Assembly: GCA_963755915.1 (NCBI GenBank)
Contig: CAVWLP010000002.1
Span: 896,001-960,000, forward strand
Direction of reading: 5' to 3'
Length of the DNA stretch: 64,000 bases
From: an uncultured Phycisphaerales bacterium
GTDB lineage: Bacteria > Planctomycetota > Phycisphaerae > Tepidisphaerales > Tepidisphaeraceae
Positions 1 to 10,693 of the stretch are shown piece by piece (the first letter of the stretch is position 1; every line of letters begins with the position of its first letter). The position numbers and the translations under genes are program-made. The notes beneath the pieces were generated by a model, which saw only the letters and a list, made by a program, of their open reading frames with translations, was not told the DNA's origin and made no database searches.

Positions 1-1603
1 GCAGTTGACGATTCGCCCGCTGCCGAGGCGGCTGAGAATCAGCGGATAAAAGGCGTAGTTGGCGGGGATGGGGTCGCGGGAGGTAACGGGATGGATGTCG
101 TCGAGATTGGTGACGGACATGAGCCCGATGGCGCGGTCGGCGAGGGTGCCGCATTCACCGTTGACGGGAAGGGTGAGCCAGTCGTCGGTCTTGAGATTGC
201 CGAGGAGGGGGTGGGGGGTGAGGACCTGGCAATCGGCGCCGACGGAGCAGTATTCCCAGACGCCTTGCTTGAGGCCGTTAAGCTCGTCGACGGGGGGAGT
301 GCCGATGCCGGGGGTTTGAAGGGCGAAGCCGGAGAGAACCAGCAGACCCTTGCCGGCGCGGACGGCGGATTCGATGCCGGCGACGATTTGCGGGCTTTCG
401 TTCCAGACGCGCTGGCAGGCGATGACATCGAGGCTCAGCAGTTGATCTTTTTGGGAAGCGTCCAGTGGAGTGATTCCGCGGAAGCCGGCGTGAAGGGCGG
501 CGGCGAGATCTGTTGCATCCTGCGTCCCCGGCTCGATGACGGGCACGACCTGGATTTCGGGATCGTCGCGAAGAGCGCGGAAGGTGTCGAGGTAGCCGTC
601 TTTGAGGGCATAGGGCTCGTCAGATTCGTGAGGACCGGCGGCCGTGAATTCGCTGAGCAGCAGGCCGACGCGGATCGTGCCCGTGCGCGGGGGAGGGTCG
701 GCGATTGTTGCGACGGAGATTGACGCGGGCGGCGGCGAGAAATGGCGGACGATTTTGACGCCGCCAATGCTGGCGGCGGCGGTAACGACAACCGCGGCGA
801 TTGCATAAGCGACAGACGAAGGGATGGCAAAAATCGCTGAAGACGAAAACGCCGACTGGGCCAGCACGTGGGCGGCGTGGGTTGACGAGGCGGTGAGGGT
901 TGAAGCGGCGGCGGGAACCGCGGCCGATACGGTGGGTTGCATGGCGGCGGCAAAAGACTTGGCCGCCAGATCCGAGGGGGTGGGGAGACGGCCGAGGGCA
1001 ATGATGGTGGCGGCGAGAGATTCCAGAGGGGATTCCAGGGGGAATTCCATCGCGGTTTCCACTCCGCGCGCGGCAAATCGCTTGCGAAGCTTGGCCAGGG
1101 CGCGGGTGAGGCGCTTGGTGGCGGCGGATTCGGTGACGCCCATGGCGGCGGCAACCCGTGCGGGGGCATATCCCTGGAGATATCGGAGCGTGATCGCGGT
1201 GCGGTCGCGCGGGCCGAGGTAGGAGAGGGCCTCATCGAGAAGCTCGCTGATTCGCGGGCGATTGTCGGGAGAATCGGATTCGGTTTTCATCGAAGCCACC
1301 TGGAGTTCGCGAATTTTTCTGCGGATTTCGGCGCGGCGTGCTTCCATGGCGATGAAGCGCGTGGTCTTGATAAGCCAGCCAGGGAGTGTGCTGCCGTTGA
1401 GATGGCGCGCCTTGCGGGCAAGAACGATAAAGACGGCCTGAGAGGCGTCTTCGGCCAGGGCGTGGTCGCGCAACTGGCGCATGGCGGCGGAATAGACGAG
1501 GTCGACGTACTGCTGAACCAGGGCGAAAGGCGTCCTGGTCGCCGACATGCGCGTAGAGGCGAAGAAGCTCGGCGTCAGAGAGAGAAATAAAGCCTCCGTT
1601 CAA
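1..1603 (-). CDS. ECF sigma-70 factor with long C-terminal extension; frameshift near 1520; 3' end runs off the window
   Basis: [14 protein letters not shown] start, then in the shifted frame [26 protein letters not shown] (region 2) and [25 protein letters not shown] (region 4). That frame stays open to position 1. Confidence 0.8.
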
Positions 1604-1664
1604 GAGAATATTGTCGCTCAGATGTGAAAATGGACGTTTTATTTTTAACGTACGGCAAACGAGC

Positions 1665-2219
1665 CTATTTGTGCTTGGAGGAGGGCTGGGGGGAATTGCT
1701 CAGGAGGAAAATCAGTTTGGCGTCATGGGTCGCCTGGGCAAAACTGAGGGGGGATCGGCCCCTAATGTCGCGGGCGGTGGGATTAGCGCCGTGATTTAAC
1801 AGGATGAGGGCGGTGGTGGCCGAGTTGGGGGCCCCCGCCGCGCACATGAGGGGGGTGCGTCCGGCGGGGCTGGGGAAGTTGGGGTCGGCGCCCCAGTCGA
1901 GAAGCTGGAGAAGGACCGGGAGACTGCCGGAGGCGGCGGCGCAGCGGAGGGGATTGGCCAGGACAGGACGCGGGTCGTCGAGCTCAGGCGAGAATTCATA
2001 GGATGCCCAGATGGATTTGAGTCGAGGTAGATCGCTTTTTAGCGCGGCAAGGTCGAGCTGCTCTTCAAGGATGGGAGTTGAGGGGGAAGCGTTTTCGTGC
2101 GGGGGTTGGGCGGCGATGAGGGCAATGCAGACCATCCCGATCAGGGCGATCCAGAGCCGAAATGGGCGATCGGTCTGTGGGCGCGGCGAATGATCGCCTC
2201 GCGGCGGTGACTGGGGCAT
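1665..2219 (-). CDS. ankyrin-repeat protein with N-terminal hydrophobic segment
   Basis: LLDWGADPN, GRTPLMCAA, LLNHGANP, GRSPLSFA motifs. Confidence 0.85.
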   Translation of the reverse strand: MPQSPPRGDHSPRPQTDRPFRLWIALIGMVCIALIAAQPPHENASPSTPILEEQLDLAALKSDLPRLKSIWASYEFSPELDDPRPVLANPLRCAAASGSLPVLLQLLDWGADPNFPSPAGRTPLMCAAGAPNSATTALILLNHGANPTARDIRGRSPLSFAQATHDAKLIFLLSNSPQPSSKHK

Positions 2220-2396
2220 CGACTTCCTTCCCTATTACGAATGGAGCCCAGGGTTGAACGGGAAAATGCAGTATAGCGGAAATTTGCCGGTTGCAATGTT
2301 AAATTTTCGTGTGTGGAATTGGGAAGGGTGCGAAGGCGTGGGGTGGTACAATCGAGAGTGTGGTGCTTTGGGCAGGGCATGTAGCCGAAAACTCAC

Positions 2397-2915
2397 GTGA
2401 ATATGCAGGCGGAATCGACGAGCAACGAAGCGTTTGAAGCCGAGGCGCGGCGGCGGGGAAAATTATTTTTCCGGCAGCAGTTTTGGATGGTGTTGCCGGT
2501 TCTGGGCATGGTGCTTGTGGGGTTGGCGATTTTTGTGGGGTTAGCAGTGATTTTGGGGCTGACGAATCATCGGCGACTTTCGGACTGGTTGATGCTGGTG
2601 GAGGCGATCGTGTTTCTGGTGGTGCTGAATCAATATGCGGCGTATATGGGGAGGCGGGCGGCGCGGCTGGTATCGGTGAATTGTCCGGCGTGCGGGGCGG
2701 CGGCGCATTTTGAGACGGCGCCGCTGCCGGACACGCAGATTTATATGGTTTGTCCGAATTGCGATCAGCGGGCGGGAACGGGGTTTAAGGTTCCGCATAG
2801 TCGCCAAATGGGAGGGAGATATGCGATGGGATACGATTGGGAGAGGCGGAAGAAGATTGGGGCGCAGGTAATCGTGCGGGTGAGGAGGGGGAAGAGGAAG
2901 GGTGAGAAAGTGTGA
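2397..2915 (+). CDS. membrane protein with two TM helices and a CxxC...CxxC zinc ribbon
   Basis: Two hydrophobic stretches, then CPAC and CPNC. Confidence 0.7.
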   Translation: MNMQAESTSNEAFEAEARRRGKLFFRQQFWMVLPVLGMVLVGLAIFVGLAVILGLTNHRRLSDWLMLVEAIVFLVVLNQYAAYMGRRAARLVSVNCPACGAAAHFETAPLPDTQIYMVCPNCDQRAGTGFKVPHSRQMGGRYAMGYDWERRKKIGAQVIVRVRRGKRKGEKV

Positions 2916-2945
2916 AGGTGTGAAGGTAAGAAAGTGGGAGGGGAA

Positions 2946-4355
2946 TTAATAGAGTTTGGTTTGGGTGGGGGATTTGGCGGCGGATTTTACGTTTTGCCAG
3001 CTTTGGCGGCAGGCGGGGATGTCGGCGGAGGGATAGTCTTTGCCGCTGGTGGGGACGAGGGTTTTGGCGGGGAGTGGGGGCAGCAGGTCGCCGTGAGCGG
3101 CGATCAGTTCGTCGCACATTTCCACGATTTTATCGAGGGGCAAAACCGCGGCGGTGAGGGGGTCGAACATGGCGGCCTGGTAGACGTGGTCGCGGCGGTT
3201 TTCCAGAGCGGCGCGGATGAATAGCTCGTGCTGGGAGATGTGGGGATTCATATAGGCGACTAGCTGCGGCGGGAGTTCGCCGACGGTGGTGAACTGGGGG
3301 CCGTTGCGATCGACGAGGGTGGGGACTTCAGCGATGGCGGTTTTGGGGAGATTGGAGATGGCGCCGTTGTTTGGCATGTTGCCGTAGACGACGGTGGGTG
3401 TGCCGGTCGTCATGGAGTGGATGATCGTGCTGCCGTATTCGTGGCTGCGGTGGATGTCCATTTTTTCGGGGCTTTTGCTGAAAGTCTTCATGCGCTCGAA
3501 CTCGTCGATGATGGCGTCGCAACGGCGGGGGTATTCGTCGAGGGGGATGTGAAAGCGGTCGACCATCTCGTGGCCGTGGGGGATGAAATGGGGGTTGTAC
3601 TCGGCGTTGTGCTCGGAGCTTTCGGTGACGAAATAGCCGAGGCGTTTCATGAGCTCGAAACGGACGGCGTTGTGGGCGAAGGTTTCGGGGTTCTGCATGG
3701 CCTGGAAAAGGCGCGGATACAAGTCCTCGCCATTTTTTTTGAGTTTTAGGTAGAAGGCCATGTGGTTGATGCCGGCGCAGATGAAGGAGACTTTTTTGGG
3801 GTCTTCGTTGATGTAACGCATGAGTTGGTCGAAGGTGCCCTGGACGGAGTGGCACAGGCCGATGGCGGGAACGCAGCTCGTGCGCGAGATCGTCTGCATG
3901 TTCATCGACATGGGGTTGGAATAATTGAGCAATAGAGCGCGCGGGCAAACGTCGGCCATGTCGCGGCACATGGAGGTGAGCATGGGGAAAGTTCGCAGGG
4001 CGCGGAAGAGGCCACCGGGGCCGGTGGTGTCGGCGATGGTGAAACGGAGGCTGTATTTTCGGGGGATTTCGAAATCGACAAGGGTGGAATCGAAGCCGCC
4101 GATCTGGACCATGTTGATGACGAAATCTGCTCCGGAGAGGGCCTGGCGGCGGTCGGTGGTGCCTTCGATTTTGGGATTGGCGCCCAGGGCGTGGGCGACT
4201 TTTTTGCAGAGATTGACGCCCACATCGAGCCGCTGGCCGTCGATATCCATGTAACTGATGGTGGCGTTCTTGAACTCGGGGTAGGAGAGGATGTCTCCGG
4301 TGAGATTTTTGGAGAAAACGACGCTGCCGGCGCCGATCATGGCGATTTTGATCAT
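2946..4355 (-). CDS. melA: GH4 NAD-dependent alpha-galactosidase
   Basis: KIAMIGAGS, DTTGPGG, NYSNP, GLCHSV, GINHMAF, TESSEH motifs; ATG at 4355. Confidence 0.9.
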   Translation of the reverse strand: MIKIAMIGAGSVVFSKNLTGDILSYPEFKNATISYMDIDGQRLDVGVNLCKKVAHALGANPKIEGTTDRRQALSGADFVINMVQIGGFDSTLVDFEIPRKYSLRFTIADTTGPGGLFRALRTFPMLTSMCRDMADVCPRALLLNYSNPMSMNMQTISRTSCVPAIGLCHSVQGTFDQLMRYINEDPKKVSFICAGINHMAFYLKLKKNGEDLYPRLFQAMQNPETFAHNAVRFELMKRLGYFVTESSEHNAEYNPHFIPHGHEMVDRFHIPLDEYPRRCDAIIDEFERMKTFSKSPEKMDIHRSHEYGSTIIHSMTTGTPTVVYGNMPNNGAISNLPKTAIAEVPTLVDRNGPQFTTVGELPPQLVAYMNPHISQHELFIRAALENRRDHVYQAAMFDPLTAAVLPLDKIVEMCDELIAAHGDLLPPLPAKTLVPTSGKDYPSADIPACRQSWQNVKSAAKSPTQTKLY

Positions 4356-4604
4356 TGTGGAAACCAGAATGACGAAACCCGAAATTAGAATCAAGGGCGA
4401 TTAATCAATTCGCTTCTGAATCGCATGGCAATCACACTTGTGCAGGAAGTGCGATAGACAGCACTAGCGGCTAGAAACTCCCCATACTTATGACAGGGCA
4501 CCGATGGACATTACGAAGAATTTTATTGAGTGCGGGGCCGGACCGGATCGTATTGGTATCCGGACCTGGGGTTAGAAGGGATCGCGCGGTTGAGAGGAGG
4601 CAAA

Positions 4605-5737
4605 ATGAAAATTGTTGCGCGGATTCTCGTCATAATCGTGCTCATCATCGTGGGGGGACGTTTCGCGCTAAATCTTCTATTTTTCGGGCGGTTGACGGCG
4701 CCGGGGATGAGTGACTTCGCGACAATTGCGAAGCAGAATCAATACATCGTCCAAGCGATTTGCGATTTCCGGGCGGACCATGGAATGCTGCCACAGGCTA
4801 TGGGCGATCTTGTTCCCAACTATCTCTCCAGGATGCCAGGGGGCATGGTGTTTTTCGACGGCGACTCGCTCGATATCCCTGCGGCGCACCGCACACGGGT
4901 GTTTATTATTCATTCCGAGCTGGACAGGAGGGCTGGTTCGTCGGAGGCGATTTTGGCAACGGCCCATTGCCTCTGCCGAAAGTCGCCTCGACGCATCCAT
5001 CACCCGTCGGCGACGACCTGGCAAAAACACGTGTTGCCGAGTACGACCGGCGCATTGCAGCTGACCCAAAGTCCCATCGAAATTACGTGCAGAAATTGGA
5101 CTACTTGTACTCGGTGGGCAAGACGGACGAACTTCTGGCGGCATGTAAGCTTGCATCGCAACGATTTCCGCAATGGTGGCGACCTAAGATGGTGGAGGCA
5201 GTATTGGCGGATTCTAAGTCGCGACCGCAGGCCGAGGCGAGCTTTCGCGCTTGGGCCGGAGCAAATCCCGGTTTCATCCACTGGTGGTATCTATGTCGAT
5301 ACTACGGTGATATCGGGCGCGACCACGAAGCGGTGGCGGCGTTGGAAAATGCCGTGAAATATCCGCTTCAGAACATCGACGATGACGAGGATTGGGTTCC
5401 GGCAGCGTTCGCATTCGATGCGGCGGCCTATGCCTACAATCAAAAGCGATTTCCGCTGGTTTTGGAAATCGCGCGCGTCTGGGCGTCGCCCGTAGGGATT
5501 TATAATTATTTCGATAACGATATTTACGCGTTTCGTGCGGCGGCGGAATTATCTTTGGGTAGGTTCGCAGACGCGAAAGCTGATGCGGACAAGGCGGTGC
5601 AGGCGAATGCGCAACAGGCGATGTGGGCGGGACATTTGCCTGACCTGCAGGCAGCTGCAAATCGACAAGATCAGGGGTTCGTTTACGATCCAGGCACCCA
5701 ATGCGGAGATTGGACGCTGTTCCAACCGCCACAATAG
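4605..5737 (+). CDS. membrane-anchored TPR-like protein (frameshift near 4890)
   Basis: GAGGAGG RBS and hydrophobic N-terminus MKIVARILVII in one frame; helical TPR-like repeats in the 4760..5737 frame. Confidence 0.65.
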
Positions 5738-5853
5738 TTTCTGGATCGCGATTTTTTATTGGACTTGTTCTAAAGCGGGTCGTGCGTTTTCAGAGAAAGG
5801 AGACTGGGCGTACAATTAGGCTTGCCGCGATTGCGCGGTGATGTGACGAGCGC

Positions 5854-8800
5854 ATGGTTTTCACGACCCAGTGTCCACAATGCGGGAAGATTTTGTGGTT
5901 TGCCAGCAATTTGACTGGGAAGCTGACGATCTGCCCTGCGTGTGGAGCAGTGATGAAGCTGACCCCCCCGCCGGAGGCGGCTGGCCCGGCGGAGGCGGCG
6001 CCGGAGGGGACGATTCCGCTGATGCCTGAAGCGGCGCAGGCGGCGCCACCGCTGCCGCCAGCGGACGAGCAGCCGCCGCCGATGGGATCGGCGGATGGTG
6101 AGGTCAACCAGGAGACGGGAACGCCGATCTTGGGGCAGGAGCCGGTCGCGGAGCCGATTCAGGAGCAGATTCCGGCGGCCGTGGAAGAGGCATCGCTGGC
6201 GCACCAGGCGGCGCTGGCGGCGGCGGGGGAAGTACACGTCGAGGTGAATGAAGGGGAGATGGTTGAATTCGGTGCCCAGGGCGAGATCAACGCCCAGATG
6301 GCGCCGCCTCAGCCGTCGATGGCGCCGCCGGAGTGGTCGCCCGCCCCGCTGTCGGATTATGGGGCCGCGCAACCGCCGGCGAACCAGGAGATGGTTTGGA
6401 TTCCATCGTCGGCGTCGCGGATCGATTCGCTGATGAGGGGCTCGCCGGCGCGGTCGATCGAGGATGAAGAGAGCCGGCGGCGGACGATTATCTGGGCGCT
6501 AGGAGCGACGGGGGTTGTGGGATTGATCATCGGGCTTTTGTGGCTGCTGCGCGGACAGGCGCCGGTGGTGACGTGGGAGCAGCAGAATCGCGACGCGATC
6601 CTGACGCTGAAGGATGAGGCGGAGCAGCTTGCCGTCGACGGCGACAACCAGCGGGCGTATGAGAAATACCAGGAGCTGGAGCGGATGGTTTCGGGGCAGA
6701 CGATCACCGACCCGTATTTGCAGCAGGAATTGGCGCGAAGCTGGGTGCGGAAGGATTCGCTGTATGACCTGCTGACGGCGGCGAAGCGAGCCGCAGGCTG
6801 AGAAAGAAGCGGCGGCGACAATGCCATCTCCTGGGCCATCGCTTGGGCCATCGCCGGGTGCGTCGGCATCGGCGCATCCGCCGACCCCCCCGCCGGGGCA
6901 GGTGAGCCCCGCGTCAGAGCCCAGCGAGAGCCAGAATTTTTTGTTGCTTCCCCCGCTACCGTTGCCGGTGACGCCGCCTCCGGCGCAGGCGGCGCCAAAG
7001 CCGCGGATAGCGGTGAACAAGCATCCGGCGGTGAAGCCGGATCCCGTGCCGCAGACGGGCTTGACGGACGCGCAGGTGGGGGATTCGATCCAGAAGGGGG
7101 TGGATTTTCTGTTGGGAAAATTCAGCGGGCCGGAAATCGCCGGGCAATACGAGCATTATGAGGGGCTCGACACGCTGGCGGTCTATGCCCTCATGCAGGC
7201 GGGGCTGGCCACGCACGACAAACGGCTTGACATCCACAACCCGTTCATGGTTGACGCCATCGACGCGATGAAGAAGTTTCCGATGGTGACGGATTATGTG
7301 ACCTACGCCCGGTCCCTTCGTGCGACGGCGCTGGCGCTTTACGATAGGCCGCAGGATCATGCGGCCATCCGCGAAGATGTCGACTGGCTGATCCAGTCGC
7401 AGGAGGGAGGGGCGTTCACGTACAACAACGAATTCCCGCGCGGCGGAGGTTTTTCATTCTGGGACAATTCGAATTCGCAGTATGGCTTGCTCGGGGTGTG
7501 GTCGGGCGCGGAGGTGGGGATACAGATTCCGATGGATTTCTGGCGCGACGTGCGCGAGCACTGGAATAAATACCAGTTGCCGGACGGCGAGTGGTGCTAT
7601 CGCGAAGACCAGACCGATCCGAGCCGGTCGATGACGCTGGCGGGGATCGCCTCGCTGCTGGTGGCGCAGGATTATCTGGAATCGGCGGATTACGCGGAGC
7701 AGGTGGGACGGGCGCCCTATTCGCCGGCGCTGGCGAAGGCGCTGGGGTGGCTGGCGAGCGAAGACAACAGCGTGATCGCCCTGCCGCACACGGCGGATTT
7801 CTATACCTATTATTCGCTGTACGGGCTGGAGCGGACGGGGCTGGCTTCGGGCTACAAATATTACGGTGCGCACGACTGGTATCGCGAGCGGGCGGCGGAC
7901 ATCATCGCGGCGCAAAAGGACGACGGCTCGTGGGGAAACCTCGGCGACGCGTTCGACACGGTGGTGGACACAGCATTCTCGATCCTCTTCCTGCGCGCGG
8001 CCGGCACCCGGTGCTGATGAACAAGCTGAATTACGACGGCGACTGGGCCAACCGCCCGAGGGATGTCGCCAACCTGGCGCGCTTCGCCAGCGCGGAGCTG
8101 GAGCGGCCGCTGAACTGGCAGATCGTGCCGCTGAACCAGGCGTGGACGGACAGCCCGATTCTTTATCTCTCCGGCGACAAGCCGCCGAAGCTGAGCGACC
8201 AGGACAAGTGGAATATCAAGCAGTACATACTCAACGGCGGCATGCTGCTTACGCAGGCGGACGCCGGGAGCGAGGAATTTTCGGCGTTCGTCAGACAACT
8301 GGGCAGGGAGCTTTTTCCGCAATATCAGTGGCAGGATTTGCCGGACGATTCGGTGGTTTTTTCGGTTTCCTATCACATCTCGGATCATCCGAAGATCGAG
8401 GCGATCAGCAACGGCTCGCGGATTTTGATGATGCACTGGCCGGAGGATGTTTCGAAGTATTGGCAGCTTCGGCAGGACCGGATTCACCGCCCGGCGTTTG
8501 AGCTGGGGGTAAACCTGGCGCTGTACGCGGCCGGCAAGAGCGATTTGAAGAACCGCGTGGAGTCGGAGGAAATCGAGATGCCGCCGGACGAGCCGCTGGC
8601 GTCGATGAAGATCGCGCGGGTGAAATATCGAGGCAACTGGGACCCGGAGCCAAACGCGTGGGATCGCGGGCGCAGATGGCTGCGGCAGCAGACGAGCCTG
8701 GATATCGATCCGGAGGCGACGGAGGCTGGAGATCTGAGCGCCAGCAAAGCGCCGCTGGCGGATCTCGTCGGCACGGGGAAATTGGAGCTGACCGACAAGC

Positions 8801-9216
8801 AGATCGCGTCGATGAAGAAATATGTGAAGGGCGGGGGGATTTTGCTGGTCGAGCCTTGCGGCCAGCCGGATGCGTTTTTGCAGAGCTTTCACGACGACGT
8901 GCTGCTGCGGATGTTTCCGGATGCGAATGCCGAGCCGGTGAGCGATTCGAGCCCATTGATGACCGCCAGCGGCAATGGGATGAGTGATGTCTCCAACCCC
9001 GACGTGCGGCAGTTTGTGAGATCGTACACCGACATCACCGACTGGCGGCCGATGATGGCCAAACAAGGCCAGGGGCGGATTTTGATCTTGCCGGTGGATA
9101 TGACCAGCGGACTTTTGGGAGCGGATGCTTGGGGGATCGCGGGGTATGAGCCGGAGTATGCGTTGCAGCTAATGAAGAATATTGTGCTTTGGAGTTGGGA
9201 TGGGGGAGGGGATTAG
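5854..9216 (+). CDS. large protein: zinc ribbon, TM helix, prenyltransferase/squalene-cyclase-like repeats and DUF4159 domains (frameshifts near 6800 and 7995)
   Basis: CPQC..CPAC; WDNSNSQYGLLG; QKDDGSW; LFL[ARG]RHPVLMNKL joins across frames; KYRGNWDPEP. Confidence 0.75.
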
Positions 9217-9282
9217 AATCGCGGGTTGGAATCGGAAGCTGCCGACGCAATACTTGTGATAGAATGGAAAAGAGAGAATAAG

Positions 9283-9575
9283 ATGAAATTAACTCAGGAA
9301 ATGTTGCGACAAAAACGCGATGGGATTCTGAGTATCGCCCGCCGCTACGGCGCCCACGATGTACGGATATTTGGCTCGGTGGCGCGAGGCGATAACAGCG
9401 ACCAATCGGACCTCGACCTGATTGTTCGTTTTGACGACGGCCGAACATTGCTTGACCAGGGCGGTTTGCTGATGGAACTGCGCGAATTTCTGGGGATGAG
9501 AGTCGATGTTGTTGACGAAGGCGCGTAAGCGGAAGATTCGAAAAAATTGTGCGCAAAGAGGCAGTCCCCCTATGA
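9283..9575 (+). CDS. MNT (minimal nucleotidyltransferase) antitoxin; frameshift near 9525
   Basis: [15 protein letters not shown] matches GSX10DXD; typical tail VRKEAVPL-stop in the shifted frame, overlapping the next ATG. Confidence 0.85.
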
Positions 9576-9934
9576 CGACCCAGAGGGGCAATCGACTTCG
9601 TCTTCAGGATATTCTCGATGCCGTCAACGAGATTCAACGATACCTCCCCACAGAGCGGGCGGGATTTGACGCTAACCCCCTGCTTCAATCCCACATCTTT
9701 CGTCATGTAATGATCGTAGGTGAGGCGACATTCCGGCTATCGAAAGACCTGAAACAGAGTCATCCGCAAATTCCATGGGCAAAAATCGAGGGAATGCGAC
9801 ACATTCTGGTGCATGATTATTTTAAGGTCAATTGGGCGCGTGTGTACGACACCGCACGCCTTGATGTGCCTATACTCAAGACTCAGATCGAGCAAATCCT
9901 CGCGTCATTGCCCCTAGACCCCTCTGTGCCATAA
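9572..9934 (+). CDS. HEPN (DUF86/HepT-like) RNase toxin
   Basis: PQIPW..IEGMRHILVHDY matches RX4HXY. Confidence 0.9.
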   Translation: MTTQRGNRLRLQDILDAVNEIQRYLPTERAGFDANPLLQSHIFRHVMIVGEATFRLSKDLKQSHPQIPWAKIEGMRHILVHDYFKVNWARVYDTARLDVPILKTQIEQILASLPLDPSVP

Positions 9935-9943
9935 GCGTCAGGT

Positions 9944-10651
9944 TTACCGCGTCAGCGCCTGCTGATATAGCGGATCAATCGGCGCTTCTTCAATCGACCC
10001 ATCCCCGCTCGGGCGAAGCGTAATCGTGTAGACGTGACCAGGCAGAAATTGCCCAAACAGCCCCTGCCCGTCCATGGCGCGAATGCCGCGGGATTCGCGG
10101 GCGTCTTTGTCGTTGTAGAGCTGCCAGAAATTATCCCATAGATCTTTTTGTTCTTCCGAGATCTGCGGATCCTGGCCGCGGTAGAAATCGGGGATGGAGT
10201 TGGGGGTGTCGATCGCGAAGCCGGAGTTGGGGGACTGGTCGGCGCCGTAGACTCTTGTGAAGAGCATGATGGCTTGGCCGCGCAGCGGGTCGATTTCCGG
10301 CTTCTCGACGTACTCGTCCTTGAATTTGATCACCTCGGCGTCGAAGTGGGCTTCGGTGCCGTCGATCGTAAATTGCCGCGCGGGCAGATCGCGGCCGTCG
10401 GGCGTTGTCTCCTGGAAGAGGAGGGTTGTCTGGAGTTGTCCGCCGGACATCTTCTGGGCGGTGACCAGAATCCTCGCTACGCGCCGGTCGGCTTCGAGGC
10501 GCTGGCGAATCTGCTCCAGCTCCTGGTTCTTGCGCTCGACTTCCTCGATCTGCCGCTGGGCGGCGGTGTGGACGTAGTAGAAAAACAGGCCCGTGGATCC
10601 GGCGATCAGCAGGATCGATAGGAAGATGAGCTTGGCAATGGTGCGCAGCAT
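9944..10651 (-). CDS. hypothetical membrane-anchored protein with coiled coil
   Basis: N-terminal TM helix, long ORF with host-like codon usage. Confidence 0.7.
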   Translation of the reverse strand: MLRTIAKLIFLSILLIAGSTGLFFYYVHTAAQRQIEEVERKNQELEQIRQRLEADRRVARILVTAQKMSGGQLQTTLLFQETTPDGRDLPARQFTIDGTEAHFDAEVIKFKDEYVEKPEIDPLRGQAIMLFTRVYGADQSPNSGFAIDTPNSIPDFYRGQDPQISEEQKDLWDNFWQLYNDKDARESRGIRAMDGQGLFGQFLPGHVYTITLRPSGDGSIEEAPIDPLYQQALTR

Positions 10652-10693
10652 GGGCGTCTCATTTAGATTATCGGTCTTTCTGGGGGCATCGCA

